From positions 507 through 64,506 of the forward strand of contig JAYEOV010000055.1 in NCBI GenBank assembly GCA_034723315.1: DNA of 64,000 bases, in the 5' to 3' direction. The notes beneath the pieces are model-generated. The model was given only the letters and a program-made list of their open reading frames with translations. It searched no databases and was not told where the DNA came from. The translations under genes were made by a program, and so were the position numbers. This stretch comes from Candidatus Omnitrophota bacterium (GTDB lineage Bacteria; Omnitrophota; Gorgyraeia; Tantalellales; Tantalellaceae). This document shows positions 9,411-19,884 of this stretch, in pieces (the stretch's first letter is position 1; each line of letters starts with the position of its first letter).

Positions 9411-10047
9411 ATTTATTTCCGTATTCTGCTTCCAGGTCTCTGATGAACTGTTCCGCAAATATCTTTTTGGCCTCAGCCATATCGATCTCGCGCCCCAGGC
9501 ATTCCTTCGCCGAAGTAACCCTGATGTCGGTTTCGCCGCAGGGATGCATCCGCGAGAACGGTCCGATATCGTTGTTTATGTTGACGGCAACCCCGTGAAA
9601 GGTAACCCACCGCTTCACCGCTATACCGATAAACGCGATCTTTTCATCCCGGACCCAGACGCCCCGCCTTTTCCCTTTCCTCGCGGCAGGCACAGCCAGC
9701 AGGTTCAACGCATTACTGACCGTCTTCTCCAGGAAATCTATATAGGAACCGACGTCGCGCCTCTTTCCGATGAGATCCATTACCGGATATAATACAAGCT
9801 GACCGGGAGCGTGATAAGTGACCTTCCCTCCCCGGGCCGTCTTGACTACCGGTATCTTATTTTCCATGAAGTAATCCCTGTCAATAATACTGCTTTCTTT
9901 GGCAAGACGACCAAGCGTCACGACAGGGAAATGCTCCACCAGGATGAGCGTATCGGGTATCCCTCCCTCGATCCTGTTCCTTAAAAGACCTTTCTGTTCC
10001 TCAAGAACATCTTCGTACAGGGCAACACCCAGATCCAAAACTTCCAT
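9364..10047 (-). CDS. lipB: Octanoyl-[ACP]:protein N-octanoyltransferase
   Basis: 227 aa. 'RGGKVTYHAPGQLVLYP' and 'GIAV...VTFHGVAVN' LipB motifs. Confidence 0.85.
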   Translation of the reverse strand: MEVLDLGVALYEDVLEEQKGLLRNRIEGGIPDTLILVEHFPVVTLGRLAKESSIIDRDYFMENKIPVVKTARGGKVTYHAPGQLVLYPVMDLIGKRRDVGSYIDFLEKTVSNALNLLAVPAARKGKRRGVWVRDEKIAFIGIAVKRWVTFHGVAVNINNDIGPFSRMHPCGETDIRVTSAKECLGREIDMAEAKKIFAEQFIRDLEAEYGNKYEHWNYSGSEIAGTF

Positions 10048-10052
10048 TTTCT

Positions 10053-10556
10053 TTAAATTATCTCCTCGAACCCCCCGTGAGCCTTGAAATATTCGACCAC
10101 TCCGCCTTTTTCAAGAAACTTTTTCATGATCCCGGGAATAGGCTTTATTTCCAGATTCACCCCTTTAGAGACATTGCGTATGATGTTTTTTTCAAGATCA
10201 AGTTCAAGCTCATCCATGTCATCGATATAATTTGTCTCGCACTCCACGAGGCAAAAGCCCACATTGAAGGAATTACGGTAAAATATTCTCGCGTAACTTG
10301 TAGCAATTATCGCCTGCAGCCCGCTTGCCTTAAGAGCAACGGGAGCCTGCTCGCGGGATGATCCACAACCGAAATTCTTTCCGGCGACCAGAAAATCACC
10401 CGGTTTTATCTTCTTGTAGAAATTCTCCTCAAGATCTTCAAAAATGTGTTTTGCCAGCTCTTTTTCATTCTGGATCTTGAACTTGTATCTTCCGGAAATA
10501 ATATAATCCGTGTTTATATCGTTACTGATCTTCAACCTGTGCGCAAAATTTACCAT
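10053..10556 (-). CDS. leuD: 3-isopropylmalate dehydratase small subunit (aconitase-family swivel domain, archaeal type)
   Basis: 167 aa. 'GKNFGCGSSREQAPVAL' motif. Confidence 0.8.
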   Translation of the reverse strand: MVNFAHRLKISNDINTDYIISGRYKFKIQNEKELAKHIFEDLEENFYKKIKPGDFLVAGKNFGCGSSREQAPVALKASGLQAIIATSYARIFYRNSFNVGFCLVECETNYIDDMDELELDLEKNIIRNVSKGVNLEIKPIPGIMKKFLEKGGVVEYFKAHGGFEEII

Positions 10557-10565
10557 CTCTTCTCC

Positions 10566-11831
10566 TTACTTGAGCCTGCGCTTGTGCTCCCGCGGATCCG
10601 CTATTCTGCCTTCCAACGCGGTAGCCGCCGCTGTCGCCGGACTTCCGAGATATATTTCAGCGTTCGGATTGCCCATACGTCCTTTGAAATTCCTGTTCGC
10701 GGTAGAAAAGGCTTTTTCGCCATCCGCCAAGACCCCCTGATGCGTGCCCACACAGGGACCGCATCCTGGATTGTTAACTATCGCGCCCGCGGACATAAAG
10801 GTCTCCACGTACCCCTTCTTCAGCGCCTCAAGATATATATTTCTCGAGGCTGGTGTTATGATAAGCTTGACTCTTTTTGCCGCCCTTCTGCCCTTTAGTA
10901 TCCTGGCCGCTGTCTCAAGGTCCTCAAGCCTGCCGTTCGTGCAGGTGCCTATATACACTTCGTCTACAGGGGTCCCTTCGACTTCTTCCACGCCGCAGAC
11001 ATTGTCAACCGTATGCGGCATGGCGACCTGCGGCGCCAGATCGGAAAGGTCATATTCGAGCGTCATCAAATATCTCGCGTCTTCATCAGCTTCCACAGGT
11101 CTCGGTTCTCTGATAGAATGCTTCTTTATCCAGTCCATAGTCTTCCTGTCCGCGCGCATAAGCCCGCACTTGGCGCCCATCTCAACCGCCATATTACTTA
11201 TGGTGAAACGGGCATCAACGCTCAAGTCGTCGATGACCTCCCCGTAGAATTCCACTGCCTGGTATGTCGCCCCGTCCGACCCTACATCACCGATAATGTT
11301 AAGTATGACGTCTTTCGAAAATACCCCTTTAGGCAGATCTCCGTTAACGATTATCCTGATAGTTTCGGGCACCTTGAACCAGTTCTCGCCGCTTGCCAGC
11401 GTTATTGCCAGGTCTGTGGATCCCACCCCTGTGGAAAGAACGTTTATCGCGCCATAAGTACACGTATGGGAATCGGCGCCAAGAACAAGGTCTCCGCAGG
11501 TAACGAACCCTGTCTCCGGAATGACCTGGTGGCATACTCCGGATCCTATGTCAAAGACCTTCACTCCCTGTTCTCTCGCAAAGCCTCTTATTTTGTCATG
11601 TATAGCGGAAACTCCGATATTGGGACTGGGCGAGGAGTGATCTATTACCATGCAGAATCTTTCCTTATCAAAAATCGTTTCTACTCCGAGTTTCCGGAAA
11701 CTGTCTATTATGATCCCGCTTGTTCCGTCCTGCCCGAAACAGAAATCCACCTTCGCGATCACGATATCGCCGGCTCTTGCCCTCTTTTCGCAATGTTCGG
11801 ATAATATCTTTTCCGCGATAGTTTGCCTCAT
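10566..11831 (-). CDS. leuC: 3-isopropylmalate dehydratase large subunit (archaeal-type, ~420 aa)
   Basis: 421 aa. 'GADSHTCTYGA' and Fe-S cysteine motifs 'GCGPC'. Confidence 0.8.
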   Translation of the reverse strand: MRQTIAEKILSEHCEKRARAGDIVIAKVDFCFGQDGTSGIIIDSFRKLGVETIFDKERFCMVIDHSSPSPNIGVSAIHDKIRGFAREQGVKVFDIGSGVCHQVIPETGFVTCGDLVLGADSHTCTYGAINVLSTGVGSTDLAITLASGENWFKVPETIRIIVNGDLPKGVFSKDVILNIIGDVGSDGATYQAVEFYGEVIDDLSVDARFTISNMAVEMGAKCGLMRADRKTMDWIKKHSIREPRPVEADEDARYLMTLEYDLSDLAPQVAMPHTVDNVCGVEEVEGTPVDEVYIGTCTNGRLEDLETAARILKGRRAAKRVKLIITPASRNIYLEALKKGYVETFMSAGAIVNNPGCGPCVGTHQGVLADGEKAFSTANRNFKGRMGNPNAEIYLGSPATAAATALEGRIADPREHKRRLK

Positions 11832-11903
11832 ATGTCCCTTCCTCGTTTACCGGACTTAGTCCACTCCTCGACAGATCATTGTCCTTTGATACCGGCCTGC
11901 AGA

Positions 11904-13088
11904 CTACAATTCACTGATCCATTCTTTGATCCTCGCGACACCTTCCTCGATCGTTTTCATATCGGTCGCGAAGCTTATGCGCACATACCGGTCGTCCCCG
12001 AAAGGACTGCCAGGTATCACCGCCACTTTTTTCTCCTCAAGAAGCCTCTGTGAAAACGTCAGAGAATCGATGCCGCACCTGGATACATCGCAGAACATGT
12101 AAAACGCCCCTCCGGGTTTAAAAGGGCTTATCCTTTCTTCCCCGGACAAAAGGTCCATCAGAACATCCCTGCGACGCTGAAATTCCAGCCTGTTGCGTTC
12201 TATTTCCTCTCCCAGGTCCTCCGAAAGGGCGCATTCGGCCGCCACCTGGCTTATAGAACAGGGATTTGACGTTGAATGGCTCTGCAAAGTAATGATCTTC
12301 CTGATCAGGTCTTTATTCCCCGCCAGGTAGCCTATTCTCCAACCCGTCATAGAAAAACTCTTCGAGACCCCGTTCACAACTATGGTATTCCTGAAGGCTC
12401 CCTCCGAAAAGGAAGCCGGGGAAACGTGCTCTTTGCCGTCAAAAATTATCTTCTCGTAGATCTCATCGCTGACCACCGTCACCTCTTTATCAAGGCATAA
12501 TCCTGCGATCTCTCTCAACTCACCTTCCTCATACAATACCCCCGAGGGATTTGACGGACTGTTCACGACTATAGCCCTGGTCTTGTCAGTGAGTTTTGAA
12601 CGAATATCTTCCACCCTGACCTTGAACCCGTTTTCGCTCTCTGTCTTGACGAATATTGGCTTTCCCCCGGCAAGCCTTACCATCTCAGGGTAACTTACCC
12701 AGTAAGGGTGAATTATCAGGACTTCGTCACCGGGGTCGCATAGGACTTGAAAAATATTGTAAAGAGAATGTTTCGCCCCGCAGGAGACCACGACCTCTTC
12801 GGTGCTGTATTCTAATCTGTTTTCCGAACTCAATTTGCGGCAAATCGCCTCTTTAAGCGCTTTCGTCCCTCCCGCAGGCGTGTACTTGGTAAATCCGCTC
12901 TTTATCGCATTTACAGCAGCTTCCTTGACCAGTTCCGGAGTATCGAAATCAGGCTCACCTGCCGCAAGCACTATCACATCCTCTCCTCCGGCGAGCATTG
13001 ACTTGGCCTTTGACGTAATAGCAAGTGTCGCGGAAGGCTTTACCTCTTTAAGCCTTTTCGAAAACAGCATGACTCCTCCAATATTCAT
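11904..13088 (-). CDS. aspC: Aspartate / class-I aminotransferase
   Basis: 394 aa. 'NPSGV', 'SKSFSMTGWRIGY' PLP-Lys motif. Confidence 0.85.
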   Translation of the reverse strand: MNIGGVMLFSKRLKEVKPSATLAITSKAKSMLAGGEDVIVLAAGEPDFDTPELVKEAAVNAIKSGFTKYTPAGGTKALKEAICRKLSSENRLEYSTEEVVVSCGAKHSLYNIFQVLCDPGDEVLIIHPYWVSYPEMVRLAGGKPIFVKTESENGFKVRVEDIRSKLTDKTRAIVVNSPSNPSGVLYEEGELREIAGLCLDKEVTVVSDEIYEKIIFDGKEHVSPASFSEGAFRNTIVVNGVSKSFSMTGWRIGYLAGNKDLIRKIITLQSHSTSNPCSISQVAAECALSEDLGEEIERNRLEFQRRRDVLMDLLSGEERISPFKPGGAFYMFCDVSRCGIDSLTFSQRLLEEKKVAVIPGSPFGDDRYVRISFATDMKTIEEGVARIKEWISEL

Positions 13089-13184
13089 ATAAAATGTAGT
13101 ATTAAAATAACATATTATAATTACTATTACAAGAGGGAAAATTCGAGGATTTGATAGATATCTGGACCTGGGACAATTAACTCG

Positions 13185-14021
13185 TTACAGCGAAACGCCC
13201 GATGATGCTCCCTGTTCGTCCGCGATAAGACGTATCTGGGTCGGGTTGTCAATGATCATCACAGGACCACGGTCATCTTCAATTTTCCCGACGACTTCAA
13301 CATGCCTGCCTTTGTAATCAGTGGCCGGGGCGATCCCTTCTTTCGCGAAAAGAGGAAGATTTCCGGTGAATATCAACGCGGTTAGGTCCTTTTCGGGGTC
13401 ATCACCAAAGTTCAAGTAAATCTTACGCGAGGATACGGATATGTTCGTGATAATACCTTTTATTGCGCAAAATCTGCCTGTGTTTTCGCGAGCCTTATTC
13501 TGTGATATCTCCTTGACTTCTCCCCAGATACCTCTTTTACCACGCCGCGCTTCTTCCTGAGCTTCGAGCAGACGATCAAAATACCGGACATTCGGCGGAA
13601 ATGTATAGACAATGGCATAGCCCTTTTCTACAAGTTCAAGGTTTGCCATGGTATCGCCCACATAGACATATGCCAACCACCGTCCGTGCCTGTCCGTTTT
13701 ATCCATGTCAAACTCGAGGGTCACCTTCTTTCCGTAAACAAGCTCCCTGTTATATTCCTTCGCGGCTACACCATATGTTTCAGGCTCGAACAACCAGCCC
13801 GTCCCTACCTTCTTCATGGTCTCGGGCGTGTCTATTCCTATGTACCGGACATGCTTTCCGTTTGACAGTTCTATGGTATCGCCGTCGATCACGTTCCGGA
13901 CCAGATACTCCTTATCCTGCACCCCGAAGCCGGCACTGCTCTTCGCGCAACCCGTTATAAATATAGCAGTTATAAGGAATGAAAAAATCAGAAAATGTTT
14001 TAAGCAATATTTCTTTTTCAT
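13185..14021 (-). CDS. Secreted thermonuclease (SNase-like) lipoprotein. Start taken at MKKKYCL with lipobox ITGC.
   Basis: 'NVIDGDTIEL...YIGIDTPE' staphylococcal-nuclease motif. The ORF in the track extends to 14135 in front of the signal peptide. Confidence 0.75.
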   Translation of the reverse strand: MKKKYCLKHFLIFSFLITAIFITGCAKSSAGFGVQDKEYLVRNVIDGDTIELSNGKHVRYIGIDTPETMKKVGTGWLFEPETYGVAAKEYNRELVYGKKVTLEFDMDKTDRHGRWLAYVYVGDTMANLELVEKGYAIVYTFPPNVRYFDRLLEAQEEARRGKRGIWGEVKEISQNKARENTGRFCAIKGIITNISVSSRKIYLNFGDDPEKDLTALIFTGNLPLFAKEGIAPATDYKGRHVEVVGKIEDDRGPVMIIDNPTQIRLIADEQGASSGVSL

Positions 14022-14152
14022 GGTTAATTTGGATTTTGAAAATGTTTTCTTTTTGTCTTGAGGGAATGGACGATTATCCCAGCGAAGAAAAAGGATCAGG
14101 GGCGGGTATCCCGCGCGCAGTTTTGACCGAGCCATGCGAGGTCAACTGTTTA

Positions 14153-14330
14153 GAACCCATTTCATAACCCTGTTTGTTGCGAGGCTGAGCGAAAAAAGAA
14201 TTGACAAGGCCTGAGGGGCAAAATGCCCGGAAACGTAGCCGGTGCGCTACGTTGAGGACATTTTGCCCCGAAAACACAGTCAATGATTTTTGCAGCCAGC
14301 CGCAGTAGAACAGGGTTATGAAATGGGTTC
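14153..14330 (-). mobile_element. 178-bp MITE-like palindromic element, copy 2
   Basis: Reverse complement of copy 1 with a few substitutions. The ORF 14074..14337 in the track is this repeat. Confidence 0.8.
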
Positions 14331-14399
14331 TAAGCACGGGATACCCTCTCCTGATCCTTTAAACCTTGGGAAATAATACCCGCACAATCATTTTCTATC

Positions 14400-15032
14400 T
14401 CAAAGTTTCCCAAAAGACTTACAAAGCCCATTAACGGGACACTCGCCGCACAAAGGCTTTCGCGCATTGCATACTTCCCGCCCATGTAATATCAAAAGAT
14501 CAGAAAGAAATCCCCACTTCTTCCTGTCAAAAAGATTCATCAGTTCCTGCTCTATCTTCACCGGATCATCGTTGTCTGTCAGCCCCAGCCTCCTGCTGAC
14601 CCTGCGCACATGTGTATCAACAGCTATCCCTTCATTCTTCCCGAAAGAATGGAACAGGACGATATTCGCGGTTTTCCGGGCCACACCCGGCAGCGTAACA
14701 AGCTCTTCCATCGTCCGGGGGACTTCCCCGTTAAATATTTCTTTTATCATCCTGGTCGCTGCTATGATGTTCTTTGCTTTATTCCTGTAAAACCCGGTCG
14801 ACCTTATCTCTTTCTCAAAATCCTTTCTGTCCGCACCCGCGTAATCCTTCACCCTTTTGTACTTATTAAAAAGCCCCTTCGTCACCATATTCACCCTTTC
14901 ATCAGTGCACTGAGCGGAAAGGATCGTCGCCACGAGAAGCTGGAGGGCGTCTACATGCCTCAAAGCGGTAGTCGCAACAGGATGCTCCTTCTCAAGTATT
15001 TCAAATACTTTCCCTGCCTTTTTCTTATCCAT
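14400..15032 (-). CDS. nth: Endonuclease III (HhH-GPD, 4Fe-4S)
   Basis: Start at MDKKKAGK. 'LPGVARKTANIVL', C-x6-C-x2-C-x5-C cluster 'CNARKPLCGECPVNGLC'. The ORF in the track is extended upstream artificially. Confidence 0.85.
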   Translation of the reverse strand: MDKKKAGKVFEILEKEHPVATTALRHVDALQLLVATILSAQCTDERVNMVTKGLFNKYKRVKDYAGADRKDFEKEIRSTGFYRNKAKNIIAATRMIKEIFNGEVPRTMEELVTLPGVARKTANIVLFHSFGKNEGIAVDTHVRRVSRRLGLTDNDDPVKIEQELMNLFDRKKWGFLSDLLILHGREVCNARKPLCGECPVNGLCKSFGKL

Positions 15033-15072
15033 GATAAAAGCTAAAGTAAATACCTGTCCCCACCTTCCGTTC

Positions 15073-16821
15073 TTATTTCCTGCGAAATCTTTTTTCCAGT
15101 TCATCCACGGTGATCTCTGACATCGTAGGCCTGCCGTGGGGACATGTGAAGGGCAAAGCGCATCTCTGCAACTGGTCAAGCAAAGAGATCATCTCCTCTT
15201 TGCTCAACGCGTCGCCCGCTTTCACGGCCGCTCGGCATGACGACACCTTTATCAGTTCCTCAACGATGGCTATCTTTGAAAGGTCATACGATGACAGGTC
15301 CGTCAGTATGTCGTGTATGACCGTCTGGACGTCCCTGTCCTTTATTACGGCCGGCACGGCCTGGACAACATAGGTTCTGGTACCGAAAGGTTCGACCTGA
15401 AAACCGAGCGTTCCGAAATATTCTCTCGTCTTTTCCATTATCACCGACTCGTCTGCGGAAAGGTCCAGCCTCACAGGGAACAGAAGGTTCTGGGTCTCCA
15501 CGGGGCCGGTCTCCGCGGCTTTGCTGAAAAACTCATAAAGAACCCTTTCGTGCGCAGCATGCTGATCGGTTACAGTTATACCCCCGGGTTTTACCTGGAC
15601 GATGTAGCATCCTGCCATCTGGAATATGTCTTCATCCTCCGGAAATATCTTTTCCCCCCTGGAAGAGCCTTTTTCAGCCCTTAGGCCCTGGAAAATGCCT
15701 TCGGGGACCTCGTAGGAGAATTCCGTCTGGACTTCTGAACTTCCCGGGGAAACAGGGCTTTCGGGCGCTCCAATTCCCGTTCCCGGAACCCTGAGCTCTG
15801 CACTTTGAACAACAACCTCTTCCCTCTTTATTTGCTCAAACCTGTCCTTTATAGCCGCCGTTATGACGTTCCTCACGGTCTTTTCGTCCCCGAATTTCAC
15901 CTGTAACTTCGTTGGATGCACGTTTACGTCGATCTCCGAAGAGGACATCTTGAGGAACAGGGCAACAAAGGGATAACGCCCTCTTTCCAGCATGCTCCTG
16001 TAAGCGTCATAGACAGCGTCGCCGAGAACTCTGCTTCTTATGAATCTCCCGTTAACAAAGAACAACTGGGCCCGCTTGTCCTTTCTCGTGCTCGAGGGCC
16101 GGCTTATATATCCGCTGAGTTTATACGTTTCCGAGTTCGCGGATACGTCTATCATCTGGTCAGATATATCCCCTCCAAGAACAAGCCTGATCCTTCCATG
16201 CAGATCCATCCCTTTTGGGGCATGCAAAATACGCTTTTCGCCATGAACCAGCTTAATCTCTATATCCGGGCACGAAACTATGAACCTGCCGACCACATTG
16301 ACTATTTCGGCAAGTTCGGTTGATTCCTTTTTCAGGAACTTGCGTCGCGCAGGAACGTTGTAAAAAAGGTTCCTGACCTCGACCGTCGTGCCCCGCGACC
16401 TTCCCACCGGCCTGATCTTCTGCACGTTACCGCTTTCAAGGTACATGTAAACACCTGTTTCGGCGGATCCGGCACAGCTCGTGAGGTCCATCTGGGAAAC
16501 GGCCGCTATGCTTGAAAGCGCCTCCCCGCGGAAACCTAAAGTGTATACATGTTCCAGATCGTTTATATCCCTGATCTTGCTTGTCGTGTGCCGCATACAC
16601 GCTATTTTTGCGTCTTCCGGTGTCATGCCTTCCCCGTTATCCGCTACACGAATAAGGGATCTTCCTGCCGCATGTATCTCTATCTCTATGCTGTCCGAAC
16701 CGGCGTCAATGGCATTTTCCACAAGTTCTTTCACGACAGACGCGGGCCGCTCGACAACTTCCCCGGCCGATATCTTCCCTATGGTCTCCTCACTTAACAC
16801 GTTGATCTTATGATCGCCCAT
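15073..16821 (-). CDS. mutL: DNA mismatch repair protein MutL
   Basis: 582 aa. N-terminal GHKL ATPase motifs 'ELVENAIDAG', 'DNGEGM'. C-terminal dimerisation domain. Confidence 0.9.
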   Translation of the reverse strand: MGDHKINVLSEETIGKISAGEVVERPASVVKELVENAIDAGSDSIEIEIHAAGRSLIRVADNGEGMTPEDAKIACMRHTTSKIRDINDLEHVYTLGFRGEALSSIAAVSQMDLTSCAGSAETGVYMYLESGNVQKIRPVGRSRGTTVEVRNLFYNVPARRKFLKKESTELAEIVNVVGRFIVSCPDIEIKLVHGEKRILHAPKGMDLHGRIRLVLGGDISDQMIDVSANSETYKLSGYISRPSSTRKDKRAQLFFVNGRFIRSRVLGDAVYDAYRSMLERGRYPFVALFLKMSSSEIDVNVHPTKLQVKFGDEKTVRNVITAAIKDRFEQIKREEVVVQSAELRVPGTGIGAPESPVSPGSSEVQTEFSYEVPEGIFQGLRAEKGSSRGEKIFPEDEDIFQMAGCYIVQVKPGGITVTDQHAAHERVLYEFFSKAAETGPVETQNLLFPVRLDLSADESVIMEKTREYFGTLGFQVEPFGTRTYVVQAVPAVIKDRDVQTVIHDILTDLSSYDLSKIAIVEELIKVSSCRAAVKAGDALSKEEMISLLDQLQRCALPFTCPHGRPTMSEITVDELEKRFRRK

Positions 16822-16845
16822 AATTGTTCATCCCCCCAACCTGGA

Positions 16846-16908
16846 CGAGCCAGAACCAAAAAGGGATAAGGGATATTCTGGCTCATCCAGGTTGGTATAT
16901 TGAAAACC
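16846..16908. promoter_or_regulatory. 20-bp-stem hairpin 'ccaacctggacgagccagaa...ttctggctcatccaggttgg' immediately upstream of the mutL start
   Basis: Inverted repeat read directly. Followed by further hairpins 'gggggcgaagccccc' and 'ttaagcgcgc...gcgcgaagcgcttaa' at 17005-17090. Confidence 0.5.
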
Positions 16909-17093
16909 TACGGTTTTCAAACTTTCCCTTACAGAATTTTTACAAAGTTGAGTTCTAAAAATATTGTTGCAACTAATTCATCGTAACGGAATTTCAATAA
17001 AAAGGGGGATTTTAAGGGGGCGAAGCCCCCTTACCATAAATTAAGCGCGCCATATAGCCCCCAAGTCGCGCGAAGCGCTTAATTTATCGATAC

Positions 17094-17187
17094 ATCGTGA
17101 ATCGTGAATCGTGTCTCGTCGTCCGTGACCCGTGAGTCGTATACGAGCCACGAATCACGAGCGACGAGATACGTGATACGATATACG
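17094..17187. repeat. 'cgtgaatcgtga' word-repeat palindromic element (REP-like family member)
   Basis: 'cgtgaatcgtgaatcgtgtctcgtcg...cgacgagatacgtgatacgatatacg'. Same family at 30017-30065, 30898-30960, 37052-37133, 40508-40572 and 53468-53512. Confidence 0.7.
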
Positions 17188-17228
17188 AAATACCCATAGT
17201 GCCTGCTCTCCCAACACCAGACTTCGGT

Positions 17229-19850
17229 CTACTTCGGCACATCCCCTGAAACTTTTCCCTTAAGTTCTTCCATTTTTTTTAAAGCTTCCAATGGGGTCAT
17301 GTTGTCGGTATCGATCTTTCTGATCATGTCGATGGCGGGATGTTCCCTGGAGATACCCTCAAAGAAGTCAAACTGTTTTTCGTTCTGCTCTTTATCTTCC
17401 AAAAACCGGGAGCGGATGTTCCCGAGAAAGGAATCCTTCTGTAAATTATTCAGTATATCCCGCGCGCGTTCAACAACCCTGCCCGGCATACCCGCAAGCT
17501 TGGCCACATGTATGCCAAAACTGTCGTCGCAGCTTCCTTCCGTCACTTTATAAAGAAAAATGACCTCGTCACCCCATTCCTGCACCGCAAGGTGGTAATT
17601 CTTAATACCCTTCATTATGCTGCTCAGTTCGATAAGCTCATGATAATGCGTCGCGAACAGCGCCCTTGCCCCGTCCAGTTTATGATGTATGAACTCCACC
17701 ACCGCCCATGCTATGGAAACCCCGTCATAAGTGCTCGTGCCCCTGCCTATCTCATCAAGAATGATCAGGCTTCTGCCCGTAGCGTTATTAAGTATATTTG
17801 CGGTCTCGAGCATCTCCACCATAAAAGTGCTCATCCCCTGATACAAACGGTCGGACGCGCCCACACGGGTAAATATCCTGTCCACCACACCAACCTCCGC
17901 TTCCTTTGCCGGGACAAAACTCCCCATCTGCGCCATTATAGTTATAAGAGCGGCCTGCCGGATATACGTCGACTTGCCCGCCATGTTGGAACCGGTAATT
18001 ATGAATATCCTTTTATCGGCATCGTCCATTATGATATCATTCGGAACGAACTCTTTGTCCTTGAGCATCTTCTCCAGAACGGGATGCCGGGACTCAATAA
18101 TACGAAACCCCCTTTCTTCATTTACCCTGGGGCGACAGTAGCGGTTGTTGACCGCTATCTCGGCCAGGTCCGAGAGGACATCCAGGTCTGCCACATGGTC
18201 GGACGCCCCTTTGAGACGGTCTATCTGCCCGGCCACTTTTGCGCGCAGTGAACAGAATATCTCATACTCCAGGTTCCTGCTGCGTTCTTCAGCCCCTATG
18301 ATCCTGGACTCCTGGTCTTTAAGCTCCTGCGTGACGAACCTTTCCGCGTTGACAAGTGTCTGTTTGCGCACGTAATCGGGCGGAATAGTGTCCAGTTTTG
18401 CCCTGGTCACTTCTATATAATACCCGAAGACCTTGTTGTACCCTACCTTCAAAGTGCTGATGCCCGTCCTTTCGATCTCTTTTTTCTGAAGGGCCGCGAC
18501 CCAGTCTTTGCCGTCCGTTACCAGATACTTAAGCTCGTCAAGCGCGGTCTCGTATCCTTTCTTAACCAGCCCGCCCTCTCTTATCGTGTTGGGAGGATTT
18601 TCGACAAGACAGCCGTCTATCCAGCCAATCACGTCCTTGAAATCGTCAAGTCCCCCGGCTATGTCCTTTACCGCCTTCGGGGCTCTGCCTTTCAGGCTCC
18701 CACGAAGCTCTTCGATATGTCTGAGAGACGAAGCCAGCGCCACCATGTCCCTGGCATTGGCCGTATTCAGGCTTACCTTGTTGGAAAGCCTTTCAATATC
18801 GTATATGTCTGCCAGAATTTCCCTTACCTGTTTTCTGCGATCGCTGTTCTCATAAAAATACTGAACGGCCTCGGTCCTGTATTTTATCTGCTCTGTATCG
18901 ATTAGCGGATTTAAAATCCATTTCCTTAACCTTCTCTTGCCCATAGGGGTTCTTGTCTTATCAAGCACCTCCACGAGAGTCCCCCTCAGCGAAAGGTCTT
19001 CACAGTTCATCGTAAGTTCCAGATGGCGGTACGTGTTCTTATCCATTATCATATACTGGCTTGCGCGGTATGTCGATATAGCGCCTATATTGGTAAGGCG
19101 AGACTTTTGGGTGTCTTTAAGATACCTTAGGAGGGCTCCCGCCGCCCCGACCGCAAGATCCAGCCCCTGGCACCCGAACCCCTCAAGGCTTTCGACCATG
19201 AAATGGCGTTTTATCTCCTGGAGAGACAGTTCATGATCAAACGCCCAGTCTTCGTTCACGGTCATGGCCCCGAGATTCACGTCCTTGAACTGCTCAAAAT
19301 CCTCACCTTTCGAAAAGCTTTCGGGAACAAGACACTCAGACGGGGATATCTTATACAGCTCGGAAAAAAGGTTCTCTTTATCACCGATCTCGGTAACGCG
19401 GAACTCGCCGGTGGATATATCAGCATAGGCCAGGCCGAAGTTCCCGCCATCGGGGTTCAGGGAAAGAATATAATTGTTGATCGACTCGTCCAGCAGTTCA
19501 TCCGCGATGACCGTCCCCGGGGTAATGATCCTGGAAATCTCCCTTTTCACTATCTTTTTTCCCGGAGAGGGTTCCTCCACCTGCTCGCATATCGCCACTT
19601 TTTTGCCTTGCCTGACAAGCCTTGCTATGTAATTGTTCGCGGCGTGATAGGGAACGCCGCACATAGGCACCTTACTCCCCTTTACTTTGCCCCTGGAGGT
19701 CAACGTTATGTGCAGTATTCGCGTCGCCTCAACGGCATCATCAAAGAACATTTCGTAGAAATCGCCCAGCCTGAAAAAAAGGATCGCGTCCTTGTTCTGC
19801 TGCTTGATCTCCAGGTACTGTCTCATCATCGGAGTAAGGTCGGAGCTCAT
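17229..19850 (-). CDS. mutS: DNA mismatch repair protein MutS
   Basis: 873 aa. Walker A 'GSNMAGKST'. 'FATHYHEL' motif. Confidence 0.95.
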   Translation of the reverse strand: MSSDLTPMMRQYLEIKQQNKDAILFFRLGDFYEMFFDDAVEATRILHITLTSRGKVKGSKVPMCGVPYHAANNYIARLVRQGKKVAICEQVEEPSPGKKIVKREISRIITPGTVIADELLDESINNYILSLNPDGGNFGLAYADISTGEFRVTEIGDKENLFSELYKISPSECLVPESFSKGEDFEQFKDVNLGAMTVNEDWAFDHELSLQEIKRHFMVESLEGFGCQGLDLAVGAAGALLRYLKDTQKSRLTNIGAISTYRASQYMIMDKNTYRHLELTMNCEDLSLRGTLVEVLDKTRTPMGKRRLRKWILNPLIDTEQIKYRTEAVQYFYENSDRRKQVREILADIYDIERLSNKVSLNTANARDMVALASSLRHIEELRGSLKGRAPKAVKDIAGGLDDFKDVIGWIDGCLVENPPNTIREGGLVKKGYETALDELKYLVTDGKDWVAALQKKEIERTGISTLKVGYNKVFGYYIEVTRAKLDTIPPDYVRKQTLVNAERFVTQELKDQESRIIGAEERSRNLEYEIFCSLRAKVAGQIDRLKGASDHVADLDVLSDLAEIAVNNRYCRPRVNEERGFRIIESRHPVLEKMLKDKEFVPNDIIMDDADKRIFIITGSNMAGKSTYIRQAALITIMAQMGSFVPAKEAEVGVVDRIFTRVGASDRLYQGMSTFMVEMLETANILNNATGRSLIILDEIGRGTSTYDGVSIAWAVVEFIHHKLDGARALFATHYHELIELSSIMKGIKNYHLAVQEWGDEVIFLYKVTEGSCDDSFGIHVAKLAGMPGRVVERARDILNNLQKDSFLGNIRSRFLEDKEQNEKQFDFFEGISREHPAIDMIRKIDTDNMTPLEALKKMEELKGKVSGDVPK

Positions 19851-19884
19851 GATAATATCCTCCGGCGGGACTGAAAGGAAAAAT

